Source of the DNA: an uncultured Candidatus Saccharibacteria bacterium
Lineage (GTDB): Bacteria > Patescibacteriota > Minisyncoccia > Phycocordibacterales > UBA9973
Assembly: GCA_964544225.1 (NCBI GenBank)
Contig: CAZIZK010000001.1
Location: 54,856 to 118,855, forward strand
DNA: 64,000 bases
Reading direction: 5' to 3'
Made by a program: the position numbers and the translations under genes. Shown here piece after piece: positions 18,593 through 28,409 of the stretch; position 1 is the stretch's first letter; the number at the start of each line of letters is the position of its first letter. The notes below the pieces were generated by a model that saw only the letters and a list, made by a program, of their open reading frames with translations, did no database searches and was not told the origin of the DNA.

Positions 18593-21112
18593 ATGAAAAT
18601 TTTTATTCGCAATAATTTATATCGCTCAAAAAAATTTTGGCTCATAAAAAAATGGTTTGAAGAAAAACCAATTTTTAGCTTTTGGGCAAAGATCTTTAAA
18701 CTCGACTTTAATATAAATAAGGGTAAATATTCGGCACGCTTATTGTGGCCTTCAATTTTTCCATTCATTCGGACACTTATCTATTCTATTTTTATAATCG
18801 CAATTTTTGAAACGTACAGTTACTTTTTTCCAGTGGATCAAAAAATATTTAGTGATCAGGTTACTGATACACTACTTTCGGCGATTGCCAGTGTATCCGG
18901 TGTATTCCTTGGTCTTTATTTTACGGCTGTTTCCAGTATCGCAAGTAATTTTTTATTACGTGCCACTCAAAATATAAGGCGCTACTTCCTTTCGACTCCA
19001 ATTGGAGAACAATACGTTAGGACCGTAGCCCTTACGGGTATCATAAGTATTTTTTATCTGTTGGCAAAATCGTTTGGACACCCAATACACCCAGTTGGCT
19101 TAGTATTTCTTTGTATTGCTGGAGCATATATCATAATCAGATTTTGGAGTGTTGGATCAAATGTTTTCTATTCATTGGAACCAACTGTTGCCCTGCCTTC
19201 AATCGGTAAAAACATTGCAGACCTATTGAAGGGGGTTACGCCACCGGGTTTTAAATGGGATAAACCAGCAATACAAAATCATCAAAGACGCCTAGTGTCA
19301 GACAATTTGGAGCTTGCTAAAGACCTTATTGATTTTGGAATTAAAGAGATAAAGCTTTCAAATGAACAATTACATATTGCTCTTCGTTATTTAGGTGGTT
19401 TGCTTTTTTTATATCCTCAATACAAGAAGAAGATACCGACTAATAGCTTTTGGTTCAAAACAAAAAATCAGTACGATAGTTGGACCTTAGCGGATTCAAC
19501 ACAAATCGCGCTTGCCTTAAACACTGGCACAAGTTTGCAACCCAAGACAATCAAAGATTTTACTTGGTTTGAAGAAGAAACTTTGGATATGAGTGTAAAG
19601 ATTTTTGAGTTTTACGCCAAAGAGAAAAATGTTGCCTCTGTATTCCAAGGACTAGAACTTTTTGTAGAAATCGCTGAAGTTTATGCGAGTGAGTTTGATG
19701 AGGAAGGACTAAAGCTTCTTTTACAGAAAACAGAAAAGGTTGCAGGATTGGTCGACCTAGAAAAAGTAGCAGATCCAAAAAATGTTCGGTACAAAGAACA
19801 AATGGCTTTTATTGATACTCAAGGCCGGTTAGCTATAGGGGCGGTGCTTGGATTGGCTAGGTATCTTGATACTGCTTCTGCGGAAAGCTTATCCACGACT
19901 ATTTCAAATATTAAGTGGTATTCAAATAAAAACATTTATCTTACAGGGCTACCTTTGTCGGTTCTATCGCGTCTGGAATCTACTGCAAGTGATTTAAAAG
20001 CTGAAATGCTAATTGAGGGTAGGCAGCTTTCCCCTGAGTGGTATATACGCACTCTTTGCGTTCAGAAATACTTATTCGCACTCTTAGGTTATTTCAAATA
20101 TCTAAAAACCCTTCATTCAACTTACTTTGAACCAAAGCTTGGAAAATTGCTTGCCGAGGATCAATTAGGTCTTGCTGTTCAATTGGTGCAACGCTGGATC
20201 GAGTTTACTCACAAATATAATCGGCTCGTTGGATTGATTGCAAAACATATTGAAGATTGTGTACCTTATCACCAAGTCAAAGATCTTTCTTGGATAGAGT
20301 TTAGTGCAGACGAAGAGTATAAAACCGCAAGGGACCGCGAAAAAGAAGTAGCCGATAAAATGATTAGATTGTTGCCTCGATTAATGACAATGCCTACCGA
20401 AAGCGATATGCCAGACTACTTTGGGCAAGCTCTTACGCAAGGCGTTCAGGCCTGTTATGAGGCGTGTGAGGAGAACGACCCAGTCAGGTTGAAAGCAATA
20501 TTCCCGGTTGTTTTTATAGCTTCACTTTCGGCTTTTGATATGACGAGAGTGAGAGTTCAAAACTGGTCCGAAGAACAAAGCAAAATAATCTATTCAACAG
20601 AACCTCTTATAAATCTCTACGAACTAAGTGGATTTGCTAAATTGTATTCAGAGCTCTACCAAAACACGGAGCTTTGGAATGTTGTGCAAACACCGTGGGA
20701 CACTTATTTGGGTGGTATCGATGCCGTACAAGAAATTACACGCATCGCGGCCATTACTAACTATCGACGTGGACTTTTCATGATCATGCCACAAGCAACC
20801 TTACGAACAAACTGGCAAATGCGATTTAGTAATAAAATGAGAGAACAAGGTTTAGCTGTTTTCCCCGATAGTAGAAGCTATGACTATGTAAATGGCCGAG
20901 AAGATCCTGCGCATGCGAGCGCGATTATTCGTGTAGTTACTCGATCAGGTGGTTTGAGTTTATCTACAGGTCAGACCGTATTTTTCGTAACATATTTATC
21001 CCAACACCCAGGGGCAACAGGAATTGATCTACCAGACCAACGCGACATGAGAGAACAAATACAACGAGAAGAAGAAAGATCTAATGAGGAAGAAAATAAT
21101 GACTATGAATAA
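18593..21112 (+). CDS. Large hypothetical protein (839 aa), N-terminal multi-TM anchor plus large soluble region, acidic C-terminal tail
   Basis: Long intact ORF with four predicted N-terminal helices and no recognisable catalytic motif. Visibly GC-richer than its neighbours. Confidence 0.5.
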   Translation: MKIFIRNNLYRSKKFWLIKKWFEEKPIFSFWAKIFKLDFNINKGKYSARLLWPSIFPFIRTLIYSIFIIAIFETYSYFFPVDQKIFSDQVTDTLLSAIASVSGVFLGLYFTAVSSIASNFLLRATQNIRRYFLSTPIGEQYVRTVALTGIISIFYLLAKSFGHPIHPVGLVFLCIAGAYIIIRFWSVGSNVFYSLEPTVALPSIGKNIADLLKGVTPPGFKWDKPAIQNHQRRLVSDNLELAKDLIDFGIKEIKLSNEQLHIALRYLGGLLFLYPQYKKKIPTNSFWFKTKNQYDSWTLADSTQIALALNTGTSLQPKTIKDFTWFEEETLDMSVKIFEFYAKEKNVASVFQGLELFVEIAEVYASEFDEEGLKLLLQKTEKVAGLVDLEKVADPKNVRYKEQMAFIDTQGRLAIGAVLGLARYLDTASAESLSTTISNIKWYSNKNIYLTGLPLSVLSRLESTASDLKAEMLIEGRQLSPEWYIRTLCVQKYLFALLGYFKYLKTLHSTYFEPKLGKLLAEDQLGLAVQLVQRWIEFTHKYNRLVGLIAKHIEDCVPYHQVKDLSWIEFSADEEYKTARDREKEVADKMIRLLPRLMTMPTESDMPDYFGQALTQGVQACYEACEENDPVRLKAIFPVVFIASLSAFDMTRVRVQNWSEEQSKIIYSTEPLINLYELSGFAKLYSELYQNTELWNVVQTPWDTYLGGIDAVQEITRIAAITNYRRGLFMIMPQATLRTNWQMRFSNKMREQGLAVFPDSRSYDYVNGREDPAHASAIIRVVTRSGGLSLSTGQTVFFVTYLSQHPGATGIDLPDQRDMREQIQREEERSNEEENNDYE

Positions 21113-22151
21113 ATACTTTAAAAAAATTAAAGAGGTGGTGTTGGCCTACTTAAAAGATCCTCTTTTATTGCGAAAGTGGGATCAACCAGATTATTACCGA
21201 TATAGAGGACGTGGTGATAATAATAATCAGTTGTCATTCAGGAGTTCACGAAACAGACGTCACAGGTACCATTATCACGGTACGTCTTCAATGTTCATTG
21301 AAGATATGTTTAGCGGAATAATGCCGTTTATGATTTATAGCGGCGTTAGAGAAAAGTATCCTGCAAAAATTGAACCAGCCGCACCCGATAAAGAAGCAAT
21401 AATTGCTCAAGGTCTTTCTGGTCGCAGGCATCGAACAGCATTAGGTGAAGGTCTTTGTGATTTTGTGCGTGATACAGCACATGTGCTTTTTCAAGACGGC
21501 TTAGCAATATACGAAATTATTTATAAAAAGAACGAAACTGGAGAAACCGAAAGCTATAGCTTTGAATTAATGGATCATTATGGTCTATATAGATTTTTTG
21601 GTAATTACTATCAATTTGTTTCTTGGGCTGATGCAAAGGCTTCACATACCAAAGTTCAAATAATCAAAATACCAAAAGAAAAAGTATTACGCATCGAGTT
21701 CCCAAAAGAACTCGGCGGGCAAAAACGTATCAATAAAATATTAAAGCGATCATGGGAACTCGGACAAGAGATTATTCCTAAGTTTCAAATGGACGCAATG
21801 GAAAAACAAGAAAACATTGGCTTTGATTCAAAGATATATACGGAAGCAAAGTATTTAGAAATTGCGACTCTTACAAAAGACTTGGGATGGAACCAGCGCC
21901 AGTTATCAACCAACCATATTACGGAATATTATGCCCTTCTACGTCTTCTTAGGCAGAAAAAAGTAGAAGCTACTGTTCGAGAAAAGATTTTTACCAAACT
22001 TAATGAAGTCTTAAATGGATCAGTTTTAAACTTTGACGCTCAAGTTTCAATGGATAATCTTTTTACAGCTTCTGATATTGATGCACGTGTCAAAAAACTT
22101 ACAGAAGGTAACACAACTTTTATTGATTTGTTTACTGATACAAGTTTTTAA
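21084..22151 (+). CDS. Hypothetical protein (355 aa) overlapping the preceding gene by 29 nt; Arg/His-rich low-complexity N-terminal region
   Basis: The overlapping start implies translational coupling with the 839-aa gene. Confidence 0.45.
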   Translation: MRKKIMTMNKYFKKIKEVVLAYLKDPLLLRKWDQPDYYRYRGRGDNNNQLSFRSSRNRRHRYHYHGTSSMFIEDMFSGIMPFMIYSGVREKYPAKIEPAAPDKEAIIAQGLSGRRHRTALGEGLCDFVRDTAHVLFQDGLAIYEIIYKKNETGETESYSFELMDHYGLYRFFGNYYQFVSWADAKASHTKVQIIKIPKEKVLRIEFPKELGGQKRINKILKRSWELGQEIIPKFQMDAMEKQENIGFDSKIYTEAKYLEIATLTKDLGWNQRQLSTNHITEYYALLRLLRQKKVEATVREKIFTKLNEVLNGSVLNFDAQVSMDNLFTASDIDARVKKLTEGNTTFIDLFTDTSF

Positions 22152-22244
22152 GATTTGAAATTTAGCTGTTGGTAACTCTACTACACAATGAACTCAATCT
22201 AAGCTAAAGTACAAAAATGCCCCTGAAAATGGTATAATTCGTTC

Positions 22245-22447
22245 ACAATTTAATAACAGACCTAACCCCTCAATTTATTGAGGATATGGTCGCAAAATCC
22301 GTCCAAAGTAAAGAACTCCTAGTCAGAGTCTACTTTGGACGGTCATATCTGGAAACGGGTATGGGTATACCTCACGGGGTATATCGGATCTGGCTAGGAG
22401 CTTTTTGCTACCTATACGGTCCTTCATAACAAAACCGTCCAAAGTTT
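22245..22447 (+). other. Structured 5' leader or candidate ncRNA with an extended -10 (tggtataat), a perfect 12-bp inverted repeat and a direct repeat of ccgtccaaagt
   Basis: ccgtccaaagta-N20-tactttggacgg; a second ccgtccaaagt lies 10 nt before the ATG of the 22448 gene; cctcaa-ttta-ttgagg hairpin. Confidence 0.3.
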
Positions 22448-23365
22448 ATGAAAAATCTTTTAGAAAAGTTTAAACAATTATCTCTTTTTAAGCAGATAAT
22501 TATTGTTCTTGTTGTTCTTACTATTGTTATAGTTAATTTTGATTTATTTAAAAACCTCGTTTACATAGGTCTTGTTGTTGGTGCAATTTATCTTTTATTT
22601 ACTAAAGTATTCAGATCACCAAAAAGAAAAGGACTGGATCTATATTCTCAAAAAATCAAAGAACTTTTAATTGATGGCAATTTGTCAGAGGAAGACAAAA
22701 TAATCCTAGAACAGATTAAAAAAGAGAATAATCTAAACGATAAAGATGTCGAGAAATACAACTTGGCAGGATTCAAAACTTTCTTCGATAAAATTACAGA
22801 TGATTCACGAATTTCAGAAGAAGAAAGAAAAGAACTTGTTAAGATATATTCTGATCTAAATCTGCCAACAGATAAACTCGCATACAGTCAAAGTGATTTT
22901 AATAAATACCATACGCTTCATTTGATAGATCAAGGGACACTTCCAACTATTGATGTACCCAATCTAAATGTTAATTTAAAGGCAGACGAAAAACTGCATT
23001 ATGTAAATAAGGCATTTATTGTTAAAAATAAATCTATAACTACAGGTATTAATTATAGTGGTCTTTCTGGTTCTATTAAGATTGCAAAAGGAATACGCTA
23101 TAGAATCGGAAGTATGAAAATTGCTCCACAGAAAGTAAATGTAATGATGACTGATGATGCAGGTACTTTCTATTTAACAACAGAGAATCTTGGTTATATT
23201 GGTCTTAACAAGCACTTCAGTATGTCATACGACAAAATATCTTCTCTAGATGTTAGAGAAGGATTTTTGTACCTATACAAGAAAGGAAAAGAAGGACCAT
23301 TTATTATTTCAATGGATGATTTTGAACTACCGCTTGCGATTGTTTCTTTCAAGATAAATGAGTAA
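22448..23365 (+). CDS. Hypothetical membrane-anchored protein (two N-terminal TM helices)
   Basis: 305 aa ORF, no recognisable motifs. Confidence 0.4.
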   Translation: MKNLLEKFKQLSLFKQIIIVLVVLTIVIVNFDLFKNLVYIGLVVGAIYLLFTKVFRSPKRKGLDLYSQKIKELLIDGNLSEEDKIILEQIKKENNLNDKDVEKYNLAGFKTFFDKITDDSRISEEERKELVKIYSDLNLPTDKLAYSQSDFNKYHTLHLIDQGTLPTIDVPNLNVNLKADEKLHYVNKAFIVKNKSITTGINYSGLSGSIKIAKGIRYRIGSMKIAPQKVNVMMTDDAGTFYLTTENLGYIGLNKHFSMSYDKISSLDVREGFLYLYKKGKEGPFIISMDDFELPLAIVSFKINE

Positions 23366-23373
23366 GTTTTGTT

Positions 23374-24870
23374 CTATCTTTCCATCTCTTTAAACTTCTC
23401 AGAATATTTTTTAGTAATGTCGTCGACATCTTCGCTAACACCAAGATCAAACATAAAACACCCCTCTGTAATTTCAAGAGTATATAGAAAAGATTCCTCT
23501 ATATAAAAGCACTCCATTGCTGTATCTAGAAGCATACTTAAGCTGTTATTAAGTAGTAATACTTCATCTTGATATGAATCAATGAAACTTTTATAGTGTT
23601 CAGTCATATCAATATCAAATATAGACGAGACTTTTTGAGCCAATTCTTTGAACTCACATAGTGTTCGGTAATTCTTGATTGGCATTGCATGCTTTTTTAC
23701 GAAAAGGAACATGTTTGAAATCGGCATAAGTAATTCGACTTGCTGTTTGTATTCTTTAACAAAGTCAATATTTTCTTTGCAGTTATATAAACTAATGCCA
23801 GTTATAATCTGAACTTGTCTCTGCATCCCCAAGAAATCCTTTTCAATTGTTTGTTCCGTAAGCGAGTCAGTATCAAATAATTTTTGAAAATACTGTTTTG
23901 ATTTTTGCAGTTCAGTATACCAAGCTATAAATAATTCTTTGTGATTATTTTTTGTGTTTCCATTCCATGTATCAAATCTTTCACTCATAAAAATCGTTGA
24001 ATATTCTTTTGTAAACAAACCGTCATCTAGCCATAGAAATATCTTTTCTTTAATAAGAGATTCTATGCTTGTATTTTTACTCTTTGCATATAATTCAATT
24101 GCAGATAATAGTCTTTCTTCAAATTTCTCATCTTTGTCCATGTACGCAATATGAAGATCATCAGCTAGTTTGATGAAAATCTCTTTAATAGGAAGTTCAG
24201 CAAAGAAAACATGGAGTAAGAAGCCATCTTTTTCTGCTGTACTGCGTTTTATCTTCTTTGCTCCCTCATAATACATACGCGAATAAATACGATCTATGAT
24301 TAGGTCTTTGTCTTGTTTAGTGAGAGTATCTCCATTTTTAAATCTTTCATAAAGAAAAACCTGCTCACTAAGGTAGTTATGATCACTGGCTGATCCTTCA
24401 TCTAAAAGAAGCAAATCACTTTGAATGTCTTTTGGAAGATTATTGAAGGTAAATATATGCAGTACTTTTGCGTATTCTAGATAGGTTTGTGCCGTAACGA
24501 ACTTTATACTTTCTTCATGGGAAATGTCTTTTAAAAATTCAGTCTCAACTTTTTCTTTAAATTTTCTCGCGTGAGAGAGGAGGCTATCAACAACTCTCTG
24601 ATTTCGCAAGAGAGATACTTCGGATCTATACAAAAACATTTGAGCATCCATTTTCATGGCATCTTCAAGCTGAACAATATTTATGTATTTGTTGTATTCA
24701 ATTGCTTCTAATCTACTCGGCATCCATCCTTTAGTTAGAATATATAAATCAGATTCCGAAAGGTGTCCCTTACCAGTCTTTTCTCTGTGAATATCATTAT
24801 GAACAAGTGCTTTCACTCGTTCAAATGGAGTTATGTTTGATCTTCTTAAAATATTGGTGAGACTTTTCAT
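23374..24870 (-). CDS. Hypothetical protein (498 aa)
   Basis: Long AT-rich ORF with no recognisable motifs. Confidence 0.4.
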   Translation of the reverse strand: MKSLTNILRRSNITPFERVKALVHNDIHREKTGKGHLSESDLYILTKGWMPSRLEAIEYNKYINIVQLEDAMKMDAQMFLYRSEVSLLRNQRVVDSLLSHARKFKEKVETEFLKDISHEESIKFVTAQTYLEYAKVLHIFTFNNLPKDIQSDLLLLDEGSASDHNYLSEQVFLYERFKNGDTLTKQDKDLIIDRIYSRMYYEGAKKIKRSTAEKDGFLLHVFFAELPIKEIFIKLADDLHIAYMDKDEKFEERLLSAIELYAKSKNTSIESLIKEKIFLWLDDGLFTKEYSTIFMSERFDTWNGNTKNNHKELFIAWYTELQKSKQYFQKLFDTDSLTEQTIEKDFLGMQRQVQIITGISLYNCKENIDFVKEYKQQVELLMPISNMFLFVKKHAMPIKNYRTLCEFKELAQKVSSIFDIDMTEHYKSFIDSYQDEVLLLNNSLSMLLDTAMECFYIEESFLYTLEITEGCFMFDLGVSEDVDDITKKYSEKFKEMER

Positions 24871-24871
24871 A

Positions 24872-25069
24872 TCATTTGTTTTTTCTTAGTGCATTTTCCA
24901 AGAACTCGACCCGTTCTTTAAGTTCTGTGTTGACTATATTTTTTGAAAGCGTAGAAGTAAGCTTAGCAATCATAGATGCCTGCTTGAGTGACATTTCCTT
25001 ATTCATCACTTTACGGATGGTGTCCGAAAGAATGTTATTTATCTCTTCTAGATTAATTGGTTTAGTCAT
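24872..25069 (-). CDS. Small hypothetical protein (65 aa)
   Basis: One nucleotide from the neighbouring gene. Confidence 0.3.
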   Translation of the reverse strand: MTKPINLEEINNILSDTIRKVMNKEMSLKQASMIAKLTSTLSKNIVNTELKERVEFLENALRKNK

Positions 25070-25070
25070 A

Positions 25071-25445
25071 CTAGTTATTTTCTACGATTTCAAACCAAGC
25101 TCTCACTTCATGAGCCTTGCCACTTTTAATAATGTTTTTGTAGAGTGCAAAGATAACATTTGGGGTTAACTTTCTTGCCCAAGAATTTATATCCTGAACT
25201 AATCCGTCTTTCTCAAGTCTTTTGTTCCAATCGGTAAGCGTTCCGACATCGATGTTATATTTTTTTGAGAATTCTAGTTGTGTTTTAATTGCGAGTAATT
25301 CAAACACAGTTTCTTCTTCAATGCCAAATTTCTCGAGTGCTACTCTTGGTTGCCCCTTAAGAAACGAAGGAAGGGACTTCCAAAGAGCGTAAGTCTCGTA
25401 GACTTGCTTTTTATATGGATCTTTAGAAAAATCTTCTTCCTGCAT
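25071..25445 (-). CDS. Small HTH-containing protein, possibly terminase-small-subunit-like or a regulator
   Basis: 124 aa; an HTH-like segment directly upstream of the two MTase genes, mirroring the TerS/MTase arrangement at 1.1-2.8 kb. Confidence 0.3.
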   Translation of the reverse strand: MQEEDFSKDPYKKQVYETYALWKSLPSFLKGQPRVALEKFGIEEETVFELLAIKTQLEFSKKYNIDVGTLTDWNKRLEKDGLVQDINSWARKLTPNVIFALYKNIIKSGKAHEVRAWFEIVENN

Positions 25446-25452
25446 ATATCAC

Positions 25453-26202
25453 TTAAAGCTTTATAGCAGTCTCGCCAGTGAGCTTCTCAAGCCTTGTGAG
25501 GGATGTTTGTACATATGCCTCATCAAGCTCTATTCCGATACACTTTCGACCCAAGTGCTGACATGCGACCCCTGTTGATCCACTTCCAAGAAATGGGTCA
25601 TATACAACATCACCAACTCTTGTTGAGTTAGGAATTATCTTTCTCAATAGTCCAATTGGTTTTTGTGTGGGGTGGAGTTTAGATTTATGAGGTCTAGGAT
25701 GAAAGATAACATTTCTCGCTTTAGACTGTTCCATTTTGTGTTTGCCAAACCATCCGTATGCAATCAGTTCATACATCGACAAATAATCCTTTCTGCTCAT
25801 GACTGGCTGATTCTTCAGCCAAATAATCATTTGGCTGTAATAAAAACCAGCAGACTTCATTCCCAAGCGTAAACTTGGAAACATTAAGTCGGCATTGAAA
25901 ATATATACCGCATTGTATTCTTCAAGATACGGAATAGTCGCACCTAAATATTTGCGAGTGAAATTTTCGTATTCCTCTTCTGATTGCAGGTGGTCATTAG
26001 CGATAATTTTTTCATTATTAACACCGAGTTTTGATAGTCCTATTTTATTTTCTACATAAGCAACGCCGTAGGGAGGATCGGTCACCACTGCTCGTATTTT
26101 ATTGTTACCTATAACCTTTGCGACAAATTCTTTATCCAGAGAATCGCCACATCCGATAATGTGATTTCCGACTCTAAAAATATCTCCTTTATTTATTTTC
26201 AT
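25453..26202 (-). CDS. DNA N6-adenine/N4-cytosine methyltransferase (beta class, stand-alone)
   Basis: Motif IV TDPPYG and motif I YDPFLGSGST. Confidence 0.8.
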   Translation of the reverse strand: MKINKGDIFRVGNHIIGCGDSLDKEFVAKVIGNNKIRAVVTDPPYGVAYVENKIGLSKLGVNNEKIIANDHLQSEEEYENFTRKYLGATIPYLEEYNAVYIFNADLMFPSLRLGMKSAGFYYSQMIIWLKNQPVMSRKDYLSMYELIAYGWFGKHKMEQSKARNVIFHPRPHKSKLHPTQKPIGLLRKIIPNSTRVGDVVYDPFLGSGSTGVACQHLGRKCIGIELDEAYVQTSLTRLEKLTGETAIKL

Positions 26203-27457
26203 AGATTTTATTCGCCTTAAGATTGGTAAATTTTTCCCAACGATCTATGATAATCGTCGCGAAGAGTAAATCTTTTTCGACCCCACGCCATACACGATTT
26301 AATTCTTCACATGCAATCAAATCAGATCCGCTTCCAGCGAAGCCAGAAAAGATGATATGCCCAGGTGCAGAGCATCGTTTGAAAGGCTTTTCATTTAAAG
26401 AAATCGGTTTCTGCGTCGGATGTAAATAGCTTTGAGTGTTATCTCTTTTAACAAGCCAAAGGTCTATCATGTCCTGCAATTCATCCAGAACCTGATTACC
26501 AGTTGTTACTTCTTGATTAAGAATTTCATTTGCATTCCTGAAGTTTGGATTTAAGTATGGCTTACCAAGCGTGCCGTAAGTACATGGCTCATAGAGTCTA
26601 TTCCAAGCAATTTTCGGAGTGCAGTTCTGGTTCGATTTTATCCAAAGGCATACTCTTCTTTTCTTGATTTGGTATTTATCGTATAGAGATTGAGTTAATC
26701 CTATACTATTTGGGTCTGACCAGTAAAAGAAGTGTGAGTCTGGTTTTGCAAATTTTTTAGCTGTCTCCATGCTCTTACTAATAAATTCAGAGTATTCCTC
26801 TTCGCTTTTATTATCTTTGTATTCTCCGCCGTATTTTCCTCCGTATTCCCAAGAAATATTATAGGGCGGATCACAGAAGACAATATCCGCTAGATCATCT
26901 TTCATGAGTTCTTTAACCTGATCTTCGTTAGTGGAATCTCCGACTAAGAGACGATGCTTCCCGAGTTCCCAAACTTCTCCTAATTTCACTTTTGGTGCCA
27001 CTGTTTCTTTAATGGCTTTTCCAACATCAAAATCATCTTCAACAAGATCCACGTCATCAAATAGATTCTGTAATTCTTCATCTCCAAAACCAACATCAAG
27101 AAGCATGTCCATATCGAACTCTTTCAAGAGTTCTTCATCCCATGAACCAGTATTCTTATTAAGTCTCAAGTTGAGTTCTTTTTCTTCTTCGAGTGTTAAT
27201 TCCCGTGAAGGAATCATGCACTCAATTTCTTCAATACCAAGATCCGCATACACTTTTATGCGTTGTTCACCTCCAATAATTATATTGGCTCGTGAGCCTA
27301 TATTTAGAACTATTGGCACGACTGTACCAAATTCTTTAACAGACTTTTCCAAGTCTCTTCGCTCACTCTCGCTTAACTTTCGCGGATTGTATCCGTTTTT
27401 GATCAGATCACTAAGTTTGCGAGAACTATGTGACCATGTGGGCTTTTGTTTTGCCAT
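26189..27457 (-). CDS. ParB-like nuclease domain fused to DNA methyltransferase (paralog of 1546..2829)
   Basis: N-terminal ParB-like IIGGEQRIKV, motif IV CDPPYN, motif I FSGFAGSGS; same architecture as the first fusion. Confidence 0.8.
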   Translation of the reverse strand: MAKQKPTWSHSSRKLSDLIKNGYNPRKLSESERRDLEKSVKEFGTVVPIVLNIGSRANIIIGGEQRIKVYADLGIEEIECMIPSRELTLEEEKELNLRLNKNTGSWDEELLKEFDMDMLLDVGFGDEELQNLFDDVDLVEDDFDVGKAIKETVAPKVKLGEVWELGKHRLLVGDSTNEDQVKELMKDDLADIVFCDPPYNISWEYGGKYGGEYKDNKSEEEYSEFISKSMETAKKFAKPDSHFFYWSDPNSIGLTQSLYDKYQIKKRRVCLWIKSNQNCTPKIAWNRLYEPCTYGTLGKPYLNPNFRNANEILNQEVTTGNQVLDELQDMIDLWLVKRDNTQSYLHPTQKPISLNEKPFKRCSAPGHIIFSGFAGSGSDLIACEELNRVWRGVEKDLLFATIIIDRWEKFTNLKANKIYENK

Positions 27458-27632
27458 AGTGTTAATTCAGAAGAGGGTCTTAATAATGCTCTTCTACCCT
27501 TATTCGTCATTGAATGACAAAATGACAATTTCTTTTTATTATCTAAAATGAATTACTGAAAAATCCTTAATACAAAAGACCTTTTGCTCTTTGGAACAAA
27601 AGGTCTTTATTTCGTCATTTAAAACCAGATGA

Positions 27633-28328
27633 CTATATTTCTCCTTTAAGTAAAAAGAGAGCTTGATAACCGTTCTTCTTGGTGTAGTGAGGAATTGGAT
27701 TTGAATTCATGCCAAAGAATTTCTTCAATCCTTCATTTAGTTCGTACTTTACATTTCTACCAAACTTTTTATTCCAGTTAGACTTCGTTAGTGCTCCGCC
27801 ATGTTCAGCCATCACTTGTAGTAGTGTCCATTTAAGATCATGTTTATTTGTTTTAGTATTCATAAAACCCATATCTTTATAATCAAACTTTTGTGACTTC
27901 ATTCCTGGGTAAGAAACCTTTACAAGGTGCCCATCCAAAAACTTAATACTTAGACTTTCCCAAGTTGCTTTCTTTGGTAGGATGTATGATGCAACCACAA
28001 CAGTCTTTTCTTTTTTATTTGATCCAGACCCAATATCTTCGGTGTTAACAATCCGAACATTCTGAACCCTTCTTTCGGGAATAATATAATTTTCTTGAAC
28101 TAGTTTGTTTATCTCAGCGATTCTTTCTAGCTGTGGAGCTATATTCCCGTATACAGATTTAACTGTTTCAAGTTGTTTCAGAAGTGGCTTTTCTATCTTT
28201 TCTTTCATATCAGCTAGCGATTTTAGAGCTTCTTTAGCCCCAACAGGAATACTCCCTTCAGGGAAGGTTACAGAGCTTTTCTCGTCTTTCATTTGTTTTG
28301 CCACTAATTCGCCAACTGTCATTTTCAT
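27633..28328 (-). CDS. Hypothetical protein (231 aa)
   Basis: ORF only. Confidence 0.4.
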   Translation of the reverse strand: MKMTVGELVAKQMKDEKSSVTFPEGSIPVGAKEALKSLADMKEKIEKPLLKQLETVKSVYGNIAPQLERIAEINKLVQENYIIPERRVQNVRIVNTEDIGSGSNKKEKTVVVASYILPKKATWESLSIKFLDGHLVKVSYPGMKSQKFDYKDMGFMNTKTNKHDLKWTLLQVMAEHGGALTKSNWNKKFGRNVKYELNEGLKKFFGMNSNPIPHYTKKNGYQALFLLKGEI

Positions 28329-28409
28329 ACCCTAATTATATCAAAAATTGGCATTTGTTGGCATTTGCCTATCCCTGTTTACTCTCGGATTTTAAACCCC
28401 AAATGAGTC

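Noticed and set aside
23374-24870. 498-aa protein considered as a second terminase large subunit because of the adjacent small HTH protein and MTases
   Set aside because: No Walker A/B (P-loop) motif or nuclease motif is detectable in the sequence, so it is left as hypothetical.
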